NCBI GenBank assembly: GCA_963703285.1
Contig: OY969807.1
Location: 1,152,001-1,216,000 of the forward strand
Direction of reading: 5' to 3'
DNA from: an uncultured Nitrososphaerota archaeon
GTDB lineage: Archaea; Thermoproteota; Nitrososphaeria; Nitrososphaerales; Gagatemarchaeaceae
Length of the DNA stretch: 64,000 nucleotides
The notes under the pieces were generated by a model. The model saw only the letters and a list, made by a program, of their open reading frames with translations. It did no database searches and was not told where the DNA came from. A program made the translations under genes and the position numbers. Below, one piece after another: positions 49,548-59,063 of this stretch. Each line of letters starts with the position of its first letter. Positions within the stretch are counted from its first letter, which is position 1.

Positions 49548-49708
49548 GCGCCGAGACAAGACGCGAAAGTTCAGAATCGGTGTTTTGGAATAGCCGACCG
49601 AAATTACGAGCTTCCTCCAGTTCTGTCCCCCACGTGGACCGAGATTTCATACTAGGCTTGTGAGCAAGACTTTCACCGATGACAAGATTGCCTCGACGGG
49701 AAAGTCGT

Positions 49709-50455
49709 CTACTTCCATTTTGTAAGTATCTCCTCCCTGCGGAACGTTGCCCTTGAGATGAAGAAGAGGAGGACGTCCAGTACAAGGAAAGCGGCAACAA
49801 TGATCAAGAAGGTGCTTGTCGAGCCGAGGTCGATGATGCCCAGCTCCCCGGCTACGTACAGCCCGGCGAGGGGCAGAACCGTAAGAGCTCCAAGCTGTTG
49901 ACCGGTACGGACGTCGTTTATCCTTGAGGAGACGATCACGTTCACCTGGACGCTCAACAGGACCGCGAGTGGAACCAGCATGAAGAGCAAGGCGGCTGCG
50001 GACCAGTTAGGGAAGTAGTAGTAACCAAGTGTGCCGTGCGTCGTGAGGTCCATGAGAATCATGAAGACCGTCGCGCCTCCCAAGACCGCTACCAAGGGCG
50101 GGATGAACGCGGCGATGCCCTTTCCGAGTAGGATCTCACCGTCGGTCGTGGGAGTCGCCAGCAGCGGCTCCAGGCTCTTCTCGACCTTCTCGCCGACTAT
50201 GGTGTAGGATGCGATGGGGGTCGGGAGATACGCCGCAAGGATGACGTAGAAGAAGAGGAAGGCGGGAAGAAGTATCAGGAGCTCCGCCGCCGGGATGCCG
50301 TTCGCGCCGCCCTTGTGACCCCCGTAGCGGATAATCGCTGGGATGATGACGGCGACAATTAGCGGGACCACCACCAGAGAGTAGATTATGTTCCTCTTCT
50401 TCCTGTACGTCTTGAAGTCCTTCGCCGCGATGATCCATGATTTCGAGAGCCGCGT
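49709..50455 (-). CDS. ABC permease (apparent ACG start)
   Basis: IVGEKVEKSLEPLLATP motif; the frame extends upstream as (ACG)RLSKSWIIAAKDF to the ATPase stop. Confidence 0.82.
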   Translation of the reverse strand, partial: TRLSKSWIIAAKDFKTYRKKRNIIYSLVVVPLIVAVIIPAIIRYGGHKGGANGIPAAELLILLPAFLFFYVILAAYLPTPIASYTIVGEKVEKSLEPLLATPTTDGEILLGKGIAAFIPPLVAVLGGATVFMILMDLTTHGTLGYYYFPNWSAAALLFMLVPLAVLLSVQVNVIVSSRINDVRTGQQLGALTVLPLAGLYVAGELGIIDLGSTSTFLIIVAAFLVLDVLLFFISRATFRREEILTKWK

Positions 50456-51394
50456 CTAACTGGCCTCCCTCACGAGTTTCAGATACGCGTCCTCGAGGGA
50501 CGAGCCGGTGACGGAGACGGACTGGACATTTCCCCCGGCCAAGACTATCGCGCCAACGATAGCAGCGTTCTCCGTCTCGGGGTTCTTCACATCGATGGTC
50601 AGCTTGTTGCCATCGACCGCCACGTCCCCGACAGGCAGCTTCTTCAGGGCCGCCAGTATCGCGTCGCTGACCTGCTCGAGCTGGATCACGGTCTTCTTTC
50701 CGGCCACCGACCGCTCCAACTCGTCCGGGGTGCCCGTCGCCATGAGTTTCGTGTTCAGGATTCCGATCCTGTCGCAGATCCTCTGGGCCTCGTCGAGGTT
50801 GTGCGTGTTCAGGAAGATGGTCCTCTTCTCTTTCTTGAGCTCGAGGATGAAGTCCCGCACCGTCTTCGACGCCTCGGGGTCGAGGTTCGCGGTCGGCTCG
50901 TCCATGAAGATTATCTCAGGCTCATGGATGAGGGCCCTTGCTATCGCAAGTTTTTGCTTCATCCCCTTCGAGAACGTCCCAGCTGTGACATCCTTCTTCT
51001 CCCACAGTCCCAGCATAGTGAGGAAGCGCTGGATGTTCTCCTTCCTCTGTGCTTCGGTGCAGTCGTACAGCTTCCCGTAGAAGTCCAAGTTGTCATAGGC
51101 GGTGAGGTCGTCGTAGAGGCCCACGTTGTCGGGGACCAATCCAATCAGCTTCCTTATCTTGAGTGAATCAGCGTCGTTGCCAACATTATAGCCAGCAATC
51201 TTCGCCTCCCCGCTGGTCTTCGATATCAGGCAGCACAGCATCCTCACCGTGGTCGTCTTCCCCGCTCCGTTTGGCCCGAGAAAGCCGAAGACCTCACCCT
51301 GCTCGACGCGGAGGGTCACGCTGTCGACCGCGGTAAGGTCACCGAACTTCTTGGTCAGCCCGACTACTTCAATCGCGGGGGCAGGAGATGTCAT
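50456..51394 (-). CDS. ABC transporter ATP-binding protein
   Basis: GPNGAGKT, FSKGM, FMDEPT, NTHN. Confidence 0.95.
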   Translation of the reverse strand: MTSPAPAIEVVGLTKKFGDLTAVDSVTLRVEQGEVFGFLGPNGAGKTTTVRMLCCLISKTSGEAKIAGYNVGNDADSLKIRKLIGLVPDNVGLYDDLTAYDNLDFYGKLYDCTEAQRKENIQRFLTMLGLWEKKDVTAGTFSKGMKQKLAIARALIHEPEIIFMDEPTANLDPEASKTVRDFILELKKEKRTIFLNTHNLDEAQRICDRIGILNTKLMATGTPDELERSVAGKKTVIQLEQVSDAILAALKKLPVGDVAVDGNKLTIDVKNPETENAAIVGAIVLAGGNVQSVSVTGSSLEDAYLKLVREAS

Positions 51395-51800
51395 GGGTAG
51401 GCGAGCGGCCTCGTTCTTTCCCCACCTTCGTCCTCCATAAATGCAGTTCGGCCGGTACAAACCCTCTATCTGTACGCTAAGAAAGTTCTAGGCCCCCGGC
51501 GCACGAGGAGCCTCGAGAAAACGGCCGAGGAAGAGGCCATCTCTCCAAGAGAGATCAGGAAGATAGCTGAGAGTGCTCTCGTGGTCCAGTCAGCTGCTCC
51601 GAGGAGTTGGGGAGTGCTGTACGTGGAATGCTGAACATACTGGCGTGGGCAACCGCGACTACGGCTTGCTGCTCGAGATTGCCCCCAAAGACTGACAAGT
51701 TCGGGCCAGGGCGCCTCTCAATATTCGAGGGCGCTCTGTCGTTCGGAAGCCTGTGCCTACTGCCGATTTGGTTCCCGAAGCCAGTCGTGTGATAGAGGGG

Positions 51801-53027
51801 TTATGGATAAGCTCTACGACCCTTTCTTCCCTTCGCGGCGAGCCCGCCGATTGCCAGAAAGAGCGCGGCGTTTGCGGCTAGTATCCCGACGAAGCTGAAC
51901 GAAATCGACGACGAACTACCCGAGCCGCTGCCGGAAGACGCCGAACTGGAGGACGAAGTGATTGAGGTCGTAGATGCGGTGGTACCTGTGGTGGTCGAGG
52001 TTGTCGGGGAAGGAGTGGATGCAATGGATGTGCTGGTTGCGATGGCCGAGTCCGAGATGACTGAGACGGTCCCCGAAACATAACAAGCGACGAAGAGCTC
52101 ACCCAGGCCAGAGTCATAGGCGATAGCTTCGGGCTCCCCCGCAATTGGCACGCTCGCGACGAGCTTGTCCTCGGCGACCGAAACAACCGACATGGTATTG
52201 TCGCCCGCGTTCACAGCAAACACCTCCGCTTTGGTAGGGTCGTAGGCCAGACCGGCCGGACTGCTCCCGACGGTCACGTTCGCGACCACTCGGTCGGTGT
52301 TGTCGAGTATCACCGAAAGGGTGTTCGATCCCTGGTTGCTCACGAAGACCTCCCCGCTTGCTTGATCGTAGACCAAGCCTGAGGGTGCGATGCCGACGGG
52401 GATGGTGGAAACCACGGTGTTGGTATCGTCGGATATGACGGAGACGGTGTTGGACGGAGACAGCGCGGCTCCCGGCGTGGCGACGAAGATCTCGCCCTTG
52501 TCGGAATCATAGACCATCCCTTCGGGTGCGCTTACTCCTGTCACGGTCGCCACTACCGCATCCGTCGTAGCCGATATCACCGAGACGGTGTTCGAACCTT
52601 CATTGCCGACGAACACCTCTCCCTTGGCCGAATCGAAGGCTATGCCTATGGGGCCGCTCTCCACCGGAACGCTCGCGACGACGGAATTGTTGGAGTCTGA
52701 TACCACCGAGACGGCGCTCCCGAACGTGTTGACCACCCACGCCTCACCCTGAGCCGGGTCGTACGCCACTCCCAAGGGACTCCTGACGCTGACGTTCGCC
52801 ACGACGGCGTTGGTGCTATCGGAGATGACCGAGACCGTGTTGGAGCCGTAGTTCGCCACGAAAAACTCTCCTTTGGCCGAGTCATAGGCGATGCCAGATG
52901 GTTGGTGTCCCACCGAAATGGAAACGGGTGCCGCGCGAACCTGAGAGGGCAGGAAAGCTGACAACAAGAAAAGAGTCGTGAACAGCAAGAGCACGGGTGT
53001 TGCGTAGCGGAGATGGCGCCGACGCAT
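51801..53027 (-). CDS. YncE/YVTN beta-propeller surface protein
   Basis: Signal peptide, about seven repeats P.GIAYD...E.FV.N.GSNTVSVIS, S/T linker, C-terminal TM with basic tail. Confidence 0.88.
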   Translation of the reverse strand: MRRRHLRYATPVLLLFTTLFLLSAFLPSQVRAAPVSISVGHQPSGIAYDSAKGEFFVANYGSNTVSVISDSTNAVVANVSVRSPLGVAYDPAQGEAWVVNTFGSAVSVVSDSNNSVVASVPVESGPIGIAFDSAKGEVFVGNEGSNTVSVISATTDAVVATVTGVSAPEGMVYDSDKGEIFVATPGAALSPSNTVSVISDDTNTVVSTIPVGIAPSGLVYDQASGEVFVSNQGSNTLSVILDNTDRVVANVTVGSSPAGLAYDPTKAEVFAVNAGDNTMSVVSVAEDKLVASVPIAGEPEAIAYDSGLGELFVACYVSGTVSVISDSAIATSTSIASTPSPTTSTTTGTTASTTSITSSSSSASSGSGSGSSSSISFSFVGILAANAALFLAIGGLAAKGRKGRRAYP

Positions 53028-53182
53028 AGCCTTCGTACATCACGGCGGTCGGCCGACGACTTAAGTCTTTCAATGACAGCTCGGAAATTGCCGGTGAGTA
53101 CGAAGGGCAATGTCTGGAGATGGATGAAGTTGCTCGTCGAGGCATAGCCTGTTGCTAGGAGGAGAACTGTACTGTGGATGTA

Positions 53183-53221
53183 GGTGCGGTCGCCGGGAAT
53201 TTATGGCTTCGGGTTCAAATC
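53183..53221 (-). other. tRNA-Gly 3'-end remnant (possible att site)
   Basis: Minus strand reads AAATTCCCGGCGACCGCACC; an inverted GGGTTCAAATC T-loop copy is adjacent. Confidence 0.5.
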
Positions 53222-53665
53222 TGTGACGCCGTGCGGTGAACCGCAAGCTTTCCAACACTCAGAAGCATCGGCAGGCTAAAGGACAAAATCTGCAGATGAC
53301 ATCGGAAAGCACCTACACCACATCATCCTAGAACACAGCGACGAGACTAGCCAGTTGGCTGAAGATTCTCCTGAAGATCCCGAAACCCGAGAGGGCCAGG
53401 GTGCTCCTCCAAGTGTGTTGGAGGGGTTGGCCTTATCATCGTGAAAGATGGATGGGCCGAAACACGTCTGCTGAAGCCACAATGCTAACCCATTGATGGG
53501 GTGTGTTGTGGTGGAGGACGTGTCGGGACCGTAGCAGTAAGTCAAATTCGCTCAGGTAATCCCGGGAAGCCGAACCCCCTAGCCAGGGTCGTTGATTCTG
53601 CTGCGCCTGTGAAGCGGCGCAATGAACTCTATGTGTAGTGATAATCCGTCTTGATGAACCTGTGC

Positions 53666-54451
53666 TCAAAACGTACTGCTCTTACTCTTCATGTACTTCA
53701 TCGCCATATCGACTGCATCTGATACGGCATTCAATGCCTCTTCTGGTTCTGGAACAGCATTCAAATCATGAGAATAGAAATTACGCGTTTTTCTGCTCGC
53801 TTTCAGGAAATTCTCCCTAAGGTTGGGGTCGAGTAGCTTTTTTTGGACCAAGTATTCGACCTTTTCCTCCTCCGTCCCACCATTCAGTTGCTCATTGACA
53901 TAATTAGCAGATTTCCCAGCAATCATCGCAGCCGCAAGGTAATGACCTAACTCATGTTCATCTATTGCCTTGCTTAGGTGCTTGAATAGCGGAGCGTCAA
54001 ATCCTTCTATCGGTGTTATTCGTTTGCGCTGTGATTCAAGAGTGTCAATCACTTCTTTTGGCACCGAAGTAACCAATCCCTTGAGATACCCTACAGCAGA
54101 GTCGCAGTTCACGATAAGTTTCATTATGGTTTGTTTCATGGGCCAGACGTAGGCCTTACCTTCCTTAATCTCGGGACCTAATACTTCTTCCAAGGCTGTC
54201 TCTCGAGTAATCGACTGAAAGGCGTCCCTCGAAGTCTGGTAGCTTTCCACGAGCGCTGGAAGCCGTCCCATGAGCTCCCATGTAATTCGGTCGAATTCAT
54301 GTTCTGATGGCGCCAACTTTATCGTAGTTTGCTCGTTGAGCTCACTAGCTCTAGATCTAATAGACTTGAACCTCTCCATGAGGGCGTAAACGGCCTCTGT
54401 TGACGTCATTAGTAACTTACCCTCGCGTTCCTCTCGTATTTCCACTTTCAT
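53666..54451 (-). CDS. HEPN/DUF4145-like domain protein
   Basis: C-terminal AIDEHELGHYLAAAM...RNFYSH (R-x4-H). Confidence 0.68.
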   Translation of the reverse strand: MKVEIREEREGKLLMTSTEAVYALMERFKSIRSRASELNEQTTIKLAPSEHEFDRITWELMGRLPALVESYQTSRDAFQSITRETALEEVLGPEIKEGKAYVWPMKQTIMKLIVNCDSAVGYLKGLVTSVPKEVIDTLESQRKRITPIEGFDAPLFKHLSKAIDEHELGHYLAAAMIAGKSANYVNEQLNGGTEEEKVEYLVQKKLLDPNLRENFLKASRKTRNFYSHDLNAVPEPEEALNAVSDAVDMAMKYMKSKSSTF

Positions 54452-54948
54452 AATGACCCGGTGGTATTTCAGATGGGTGGGGAGTATGATTCCATCGTAC
54501 CAAAGCCGTCAGAAAAGCCTACTTTCGTTATCAACTCAGAATAACTTGTACTAATCCTATCAAGTCAATACCAAAGGCGCAATGAACCCCGTGCCCCCCA
54601 CAGTCCTCCAGCATGCGGGCTCTCGACCAAATTCGGTCGACGCAGCTTGTGCGGTTATCTGCTGTGTAACTTTAACTGCGAGGCAAGCGATTCAGTTCTG
54701 TCGCAATTCAGAAGTCATCATTGGAGTCTTCATCGGACTCTTCGTCCCGTCCATCGGCATCGCCGTCCGCTTCATACTCGTCGTCTTCAGAATCTCCGAT
54801 GTCGAGCGACATGATACCAAGGGCTGCATGGAGTTGTTCCATTGAGTTTTCGGGACATGCCGGGAAGCGGCGGAAAGCGATGCCGCGCATTAGGAGGCGC
54901 GGTAGAAGCAGTCAATTCATTAATGACCACGAACCAAGAAGGTTCAAC

Positions 54949-56343
54949 ATGTCATGGCCTGAGGTCAGCACCGCCATTGAAGCGCTGGGGGGCTCATTCA
55001 ACTCCGTAGACCTACGGATTGCTGCTGTCAAGAGAGAACAATGGACTCCGGTTTTGTCCTCCGTCTATTTCTCAAACGAGCCCCCCGCCAAGGTTACCGA
55101 GGAGCACGATTCTATCCGAAAGCGAATGAAGAACTTCGTCACGAAGGAGTTCGCATTCTTCTTCCAGAGTTACCCGTACGAAGAATGGGCGCAGGTGGCA
55201 GGGAAATTTGCCGAAGGGAACATCGATATTGAATCTTCTAATTTGTTAGGTGAGAAAGTAGACCTGTTGAAGCTCTCGGTCCTCCCACGCCCGATGTACT
55301 TGGCAGCAAGGGGTTGGCCTGTGGTGGGGGCGGAGTGGTCGCTGGCAGGGCAGCAGGCCACAAACCAGTTCCTTGGTGAACTGCAGAAGCTTAGAGGCGG
55401 TGCCCTTGTAATGGGCTACGACGATGAGTACCAACTGATCAGCGACGTACTACAGGTCAAAGACTTCACGAACATGGCAAGGCGGTATGTGGTTATTGGC
55501 ATTCCCATCTACGCGAGTATCTCTGAGGTGGTCCCGCAGAGCGACCTCATCTCAGTGACAGTCAGAAGACATACCGGGCTCCGCGATCTCCAGCTCAACT
55601 TTAACGTCTTGGACCCAGACCTGAGGACAGGCAACTATGAGGTACTGTCGAGGCTCACGCGACGTGTGAAGAACGTTACGGCTACCCGTACTGAGTTTGA
55701 AGACACAACAATCACCTATCGTTTTGGCCGTATGCAGGTGGACCTTGTCCAGGTGAGGCTATTGCACAGGGCGATTCCCTTGATCGACATAGGTCTAGAC
55801 CGAGTCACAATACCTCCTCGGAAACCCACGGAGCCATTGACCGTTGCTCTGTCGGCGTTCTGCTCATTAGAAACGCTCAGGGAACAGTTGACATCTCCAG
55901 AGACTCATGAGGAGAAATCTGTGAAGGCCGGGCGAGTTTTCGAGGGAGCTGTCGCGTGGCTACTAGCGCTCCATGGCTATTCGGTAGTACGCCTCGAGGG
56001 GAGGAACGAGCAACTCAGGGTTCCGCCATCAGAGTATGAGATAGGCGCTTTGGATATTCTGGCCCACAAGCCAAGGAAGCTATTCCTTGTCGAATGCGAC
56101 ACCTCAATCCCGGATGAGAAGAAAATACACGCGATTCTCGCCGTGAAGGACCGCCTACAAAGAATCCTCCCAAGGCAGGCCCGGTTCACGTTCGAAGCAG
56201 TCGTCTTTACCCCAAGGGATGTTGGGCAATTCGAAAGCTTTGGGGTTCCGATCGCGGATAGGAGGAGCATCTTGGCCTTGTTCAATGGGGTGTTGAAAGG
56301 TAGGGAATTAGAGCTGGAGAATTGCTTGGCTCCTTATTTGTAA
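54949..56343 (+). CDS. Protein with C-terminal PD-(D/E)XK restriction-endonuclease-like domain
   Basis: FEGAVAWLL..HGY...LDILA...LVECD motif order. Confidence 0.62.
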   Translation: MSWPEVSTAIEALGGSFNSVDLRIAAVKREQWTPVLSSVYFSNEPPAKVTEEHDSIRKRMKNFVTKEFAFFFQSYPYEEWAQVAGKFAEGNIDIESSNLLGEKVDLLKLSVLPRPMYLAARGWPVVGAEWSLAGQQATNQFLGELQKLRGGALVMGYDDEYQLISDVLQVKDFTNMARRYVVIGIPIYASISEVVPQSDLISVTVRRHTGLRDLQLNFNVLDPDLRTGNYEVLSRLTRRVKNVTATRTEFEDTTITYRFGRMQVDLVQVRLLHRAIPLIDIGLDRVTIPPRKPTEPLTVALSAFCSLETLREQLTSPETHEEKSVKAGRVFEGAVAWLLALHGYSVVRLEGRNEQLRVPPSEYEIGALDILAHKPRKLFLVECDTSIPDEKKIHAILAVKDRLQRILPRQARFTFEAVVFTPRDVGQFESFGVPIADRRSILALFNGVLKGRELELENCLAPYL

Positions 56344-56661
56344 AAGCCTTTCATCGCACTTCTAAGATGTGAGCAGTGCGCGGTATTTGATCTATGCTCG
56401 ATACTCACTCTCGTTTTAAGCCCTAGATGACCTGTTTCGCAGTTTCAAGCGGAAGGGCATCTCGAAGGTCATTGGCACCTCGTTCTTCGCTCTCACATTC
56501 CTCACGACTATCGGGGGCCCGATAACCAACAAATTACTACCACACCAATTCTGGGTTGATTGATCCCCCTTCCCCTCGGAACGCTTGCCCTCCAGTGTCT
56601 CCTGCCTGCCAGCCGGCTATCCCCGGCCAGCTAAGTCGTCTCCGCGTTGCTCTACGGCCAC

Positions 56662-57009
56662 TCAGCACGTCACGTGTAGGATGGCATTTGTTCCGCGAGG
56701 ATTTTTCCTCAACTCCTCGATGGCTTCCACTGTCGGCAGGATGACCAAGTTGATCTTGCGGCGTCGGGCTTCGCGCTTCACTTCTTGCATGACCGGCAAC
56801 GCTCCCGTCCCGGTACCGATTACCAGCCGCCTGCACTTCCAAGGTATCTTCTCCTTGATGGATAACGGCGTGTGTCCAAAGGCATCACGAAATTTCTTGG
56901 ATGGTTTCTTCTTACGCCTGCGGACTCGCCCGCTATCGATTACGACGTCGTGCTCGTAGGTAACCCCGTCAATGCGGATAGAGCCAAAGGAAAACGCTTC
57001 GAAGCGCAT
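56662..57009 (-). CDS. Mth938-like domain protein
   Basis: FGSIRIDG..YEHD, LVIGTG, ILHVTC. Confidence 0.85.
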   Translation of the reverse strand: MRFEAFSFGSIRIDGVTYEHDVVIDSGRVRRRKKKPSKKFRDAFGHTPLSIKEKIPWKCRRLVIGTGTGALPVMQEVKREARRRKINLVILPTVEAIEELRKNPRGTNAILHVTC

Positions 57010-57514
57010 TACTACACTTCCCACCGGTATTGTGCTTTGGGCGAATCATTACTATAAAGACTGTGAGCCGCAGATAATATGGCATACACGATTGAGGTTG
57101 ACAGGAATACGACGCATTTCCTCAGACAACATGGAACGAATTTACGGACATGGTTCTTGGTTGACTGCCAGCAAAAAAAGGCGGCACCCCTCGCGAGCAC
57201 GTCGGTAGGGTCGTCCACCATGAACGCGGAGGATACGCTGCTCTGTACCCCCGGTGCAAAACACCAGAGTTCAGAGTTCCCTTGTGTCATGTGGCATCGC
57301 GCCAGTGAATGCGGGTATTCTTCCTCTTTCTCCTGTCTTTTTTAAATTTTTTCCGAGGACCTAACCAACCTCCGGCTCCTTAGCACCACGCTTCGAGACC
57401 CGGACCCCGGACCGGTTCGGACCTCCATTGTCCTGCGGCTTCTAATAATACTCTACCCTGTATCAACACCCACTTCTTGCGACTGAATGGACCTTCGAGG
57501 GCTTGATTGGCGCT

Positions 57515-57784
57515 TCACTCCTCGATGTCCCTTATCGGCACCTTGGAGAACATCGCGCGGATCTTCTTCAGCAACCCAGTGGATGGTTCCCTTGCGAACA
57601 ACAGTTCCGCCTTCCTGAGCACGACCGCGTCCTCGGTCGCCATGACGATCATCCTGGTTCCGGGCGTCAGGTCCAGCTTCTCCCTGATATTGAGAGGGAT
57701 CTGCACCAGCCCCTTCTCGGAGACCTTCGTGACTGCTACGATCGGGTCATCTGGCTTTGGGGTGCTCTCGCGGTCTCGTATCGT
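57515..57784 (-). CDS. AbrB-family regulator (non-canonical start likely)
   Basis: VTKVSEKGLVQIPLNIREKLDLTPG motif extends upstream of GTG 57706; no ATG, GTG or TTG before the in-frame stop. Confidence 0.7.
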   Translation of the reverse strand, partial: TIRDRESTPKPDDPIVAVTKVSEKGLVQIPLNIREKLDLTPGTRMIVMATEDAVVLRKAELLFAREPSTGLLKKIRAMFSKVPIRDIEE

Positions 57785-57962
57785 ATCTTTAACCTGTTAC
57801 CTCAACGGGCGACAATCTCGAATCTGTTAGACCAATATGTCGAGTTCTAACCTCCAAGTATATCCTAAATTCGAAGTAATCAGAGGCACGATTGAATCCA
57901 GTTTAATCGTAGAGATAAACTAAAAGAAATCGGGGGACCACACTAGAACTTAACGGTAGACT

Positions 57963-58076
57963 CTACTTGGGTGCGCAATCCTTGTGATAACTTTTCTTCA
58001 TCAGAAACCCTTTCTTTACTTCTTGCCCCGCAGGAATTTCTTTTCCGCATTTTGCACAGTTAACCATCCTAACCAT
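57963..58076 (-). CDS. LIM/PARP-like C2-HC Zn-finger microprotein (not in ORF track)
   Basis: MVRMVNCAKCGKEIPAGQEVKKGFLMKKSYHKDCAPK; TTTAATA box about 25 nt upstream. Confidence 0.75.
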   Translation of the reverse strand: MVRMVNCAKCGKEIPAGQEVKKGFLMKKSYHKDCAPK

Positions 58077-58415
58077 TTCGTATTAAGAGGATAGCTTGTA
58101 TTAAATCTGCTCATTAGCGCCTAATCGGGTTCTTGAGAGAACCTGTCTTGATCAAGCTCTCGGCTTTATTGAAAGGCAACGTTTCTCCTTCCTGTGAACA
58201 GCATGCAATTCTGCACCACTTCAACGCGAACTGCATCATCCAGCATCGTGCATCCCTCTGTCAACCCAGGCAGCGGCCTCGCACTCATCGAAGGTCAAAC
58301 TTCGTATCCGTCTCAGAAAGTAACTTGTCACTGACATGCTAGTCACCACGGTGACAGGTCAGTCGGCGACATTCGGCTTAAGGAAGAGTTACCAGTATTG
58401 GACACCGAGTCAGAT

Positions 58416-59063
58416 ATGTCGCAATTCGCAAGCAAGTGGGAGAAATCCAACGGCAGTGGATTCACTGGAAGAGTACGAGGTTCCGTTCAGAACCCGGGTC
58501 CTCTGAAGCCGAGGTTGGACCTGGCAGTACGACAGATTCAAGTTCAAGTCGCAAAGCTCGACGGAACGTGCGCAAAACTTAGGGAGAGAGACGCCTCGAT
58601 CTTCAGCAAGGTCGTGTCATCCATGCAGAAGCACGATTCGCAGCATGCTGCAGTCTACGCGAATGAACTCGCGGAGATAAGGAAGATGAGCAGGATGGTC
58701 ACCCAAGCCAAACTGGCTCTTGAGCAGATAACCCTGAGACTGAACACCGTCACCGAACTGGGCGACATCGTTGTGACTCTCACTCCTGCAATGTCGGTGA
58801 TTCGCAGCGTAAGGCAGGGACTGGTGAGCGTCCTGCCGGAGGCAGAAGGCGAGATTGGCGAGATCTCAGGCCTCCTGAGCAGTGTCCTAGTCGATGCTGG
58901 TTCGGTGGGTGGATACTCGCTGGACTTCGCGGCCGCTAACGAGGATGCAGAAAAGGTCCTTGCAGAGGCTGCGGCAGTTGCCGAAAGCAGGATGAAGGAG
59001 AAATTCCCTGAGATCCCCTCTGGGCTCCCCTCGATGGAAGAATCGACGGAAAGCACGGCGTAA
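58416..59063 (+). CDS. cdvB: ESCRT-III CdvB-family protein
   Basis: YANELAEIRKM, LALEQITLRLNTVTELGD, C-terminal FPEIP (MIM2-like); directly upstream of Vps4. Confidence 0.9.
   Translation: MSQFASKWEKSNGSGFTGRVRGSVQNPGPLKPRLDLAVRQIQVQVAKLDGTCAKLRERDASIFSKVVSSMQKHDSQHAAVYANELAEIRKMSRMVTQAKLALEQITLRLNTVTELGDIVVTLTPAMSVIRSVRQGLVSVLPEAEGEIGEISGLLSSVLVDAGSVGGYSLDFAAANEDAEKVLAEAAAVAESRMKEKFPEIPSGLPSMEESTESTA

Noticed and set aside
52060-52920. Recurring GAGACGGTGTT-like units as a CRISPR array
   Set aside because: They encode the NTVSVIS propeller repeats and vary at synonymous positions; the same applies to the Kelch repeats at 36.1-37.0 kb.
53205-53235. Intact tRNA around GGGTTCAAATC
   Set aside because: No T-stem closure, D-arm or anticodon arm can be built; kept only as a remnant.
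57850-58320. AT-rich stretch as a replication origin
   Set aside because: No ORB boxes or cdc6/orc1 gene seen; part of it is explained by the Zn-finger micro-ORF and promoters.
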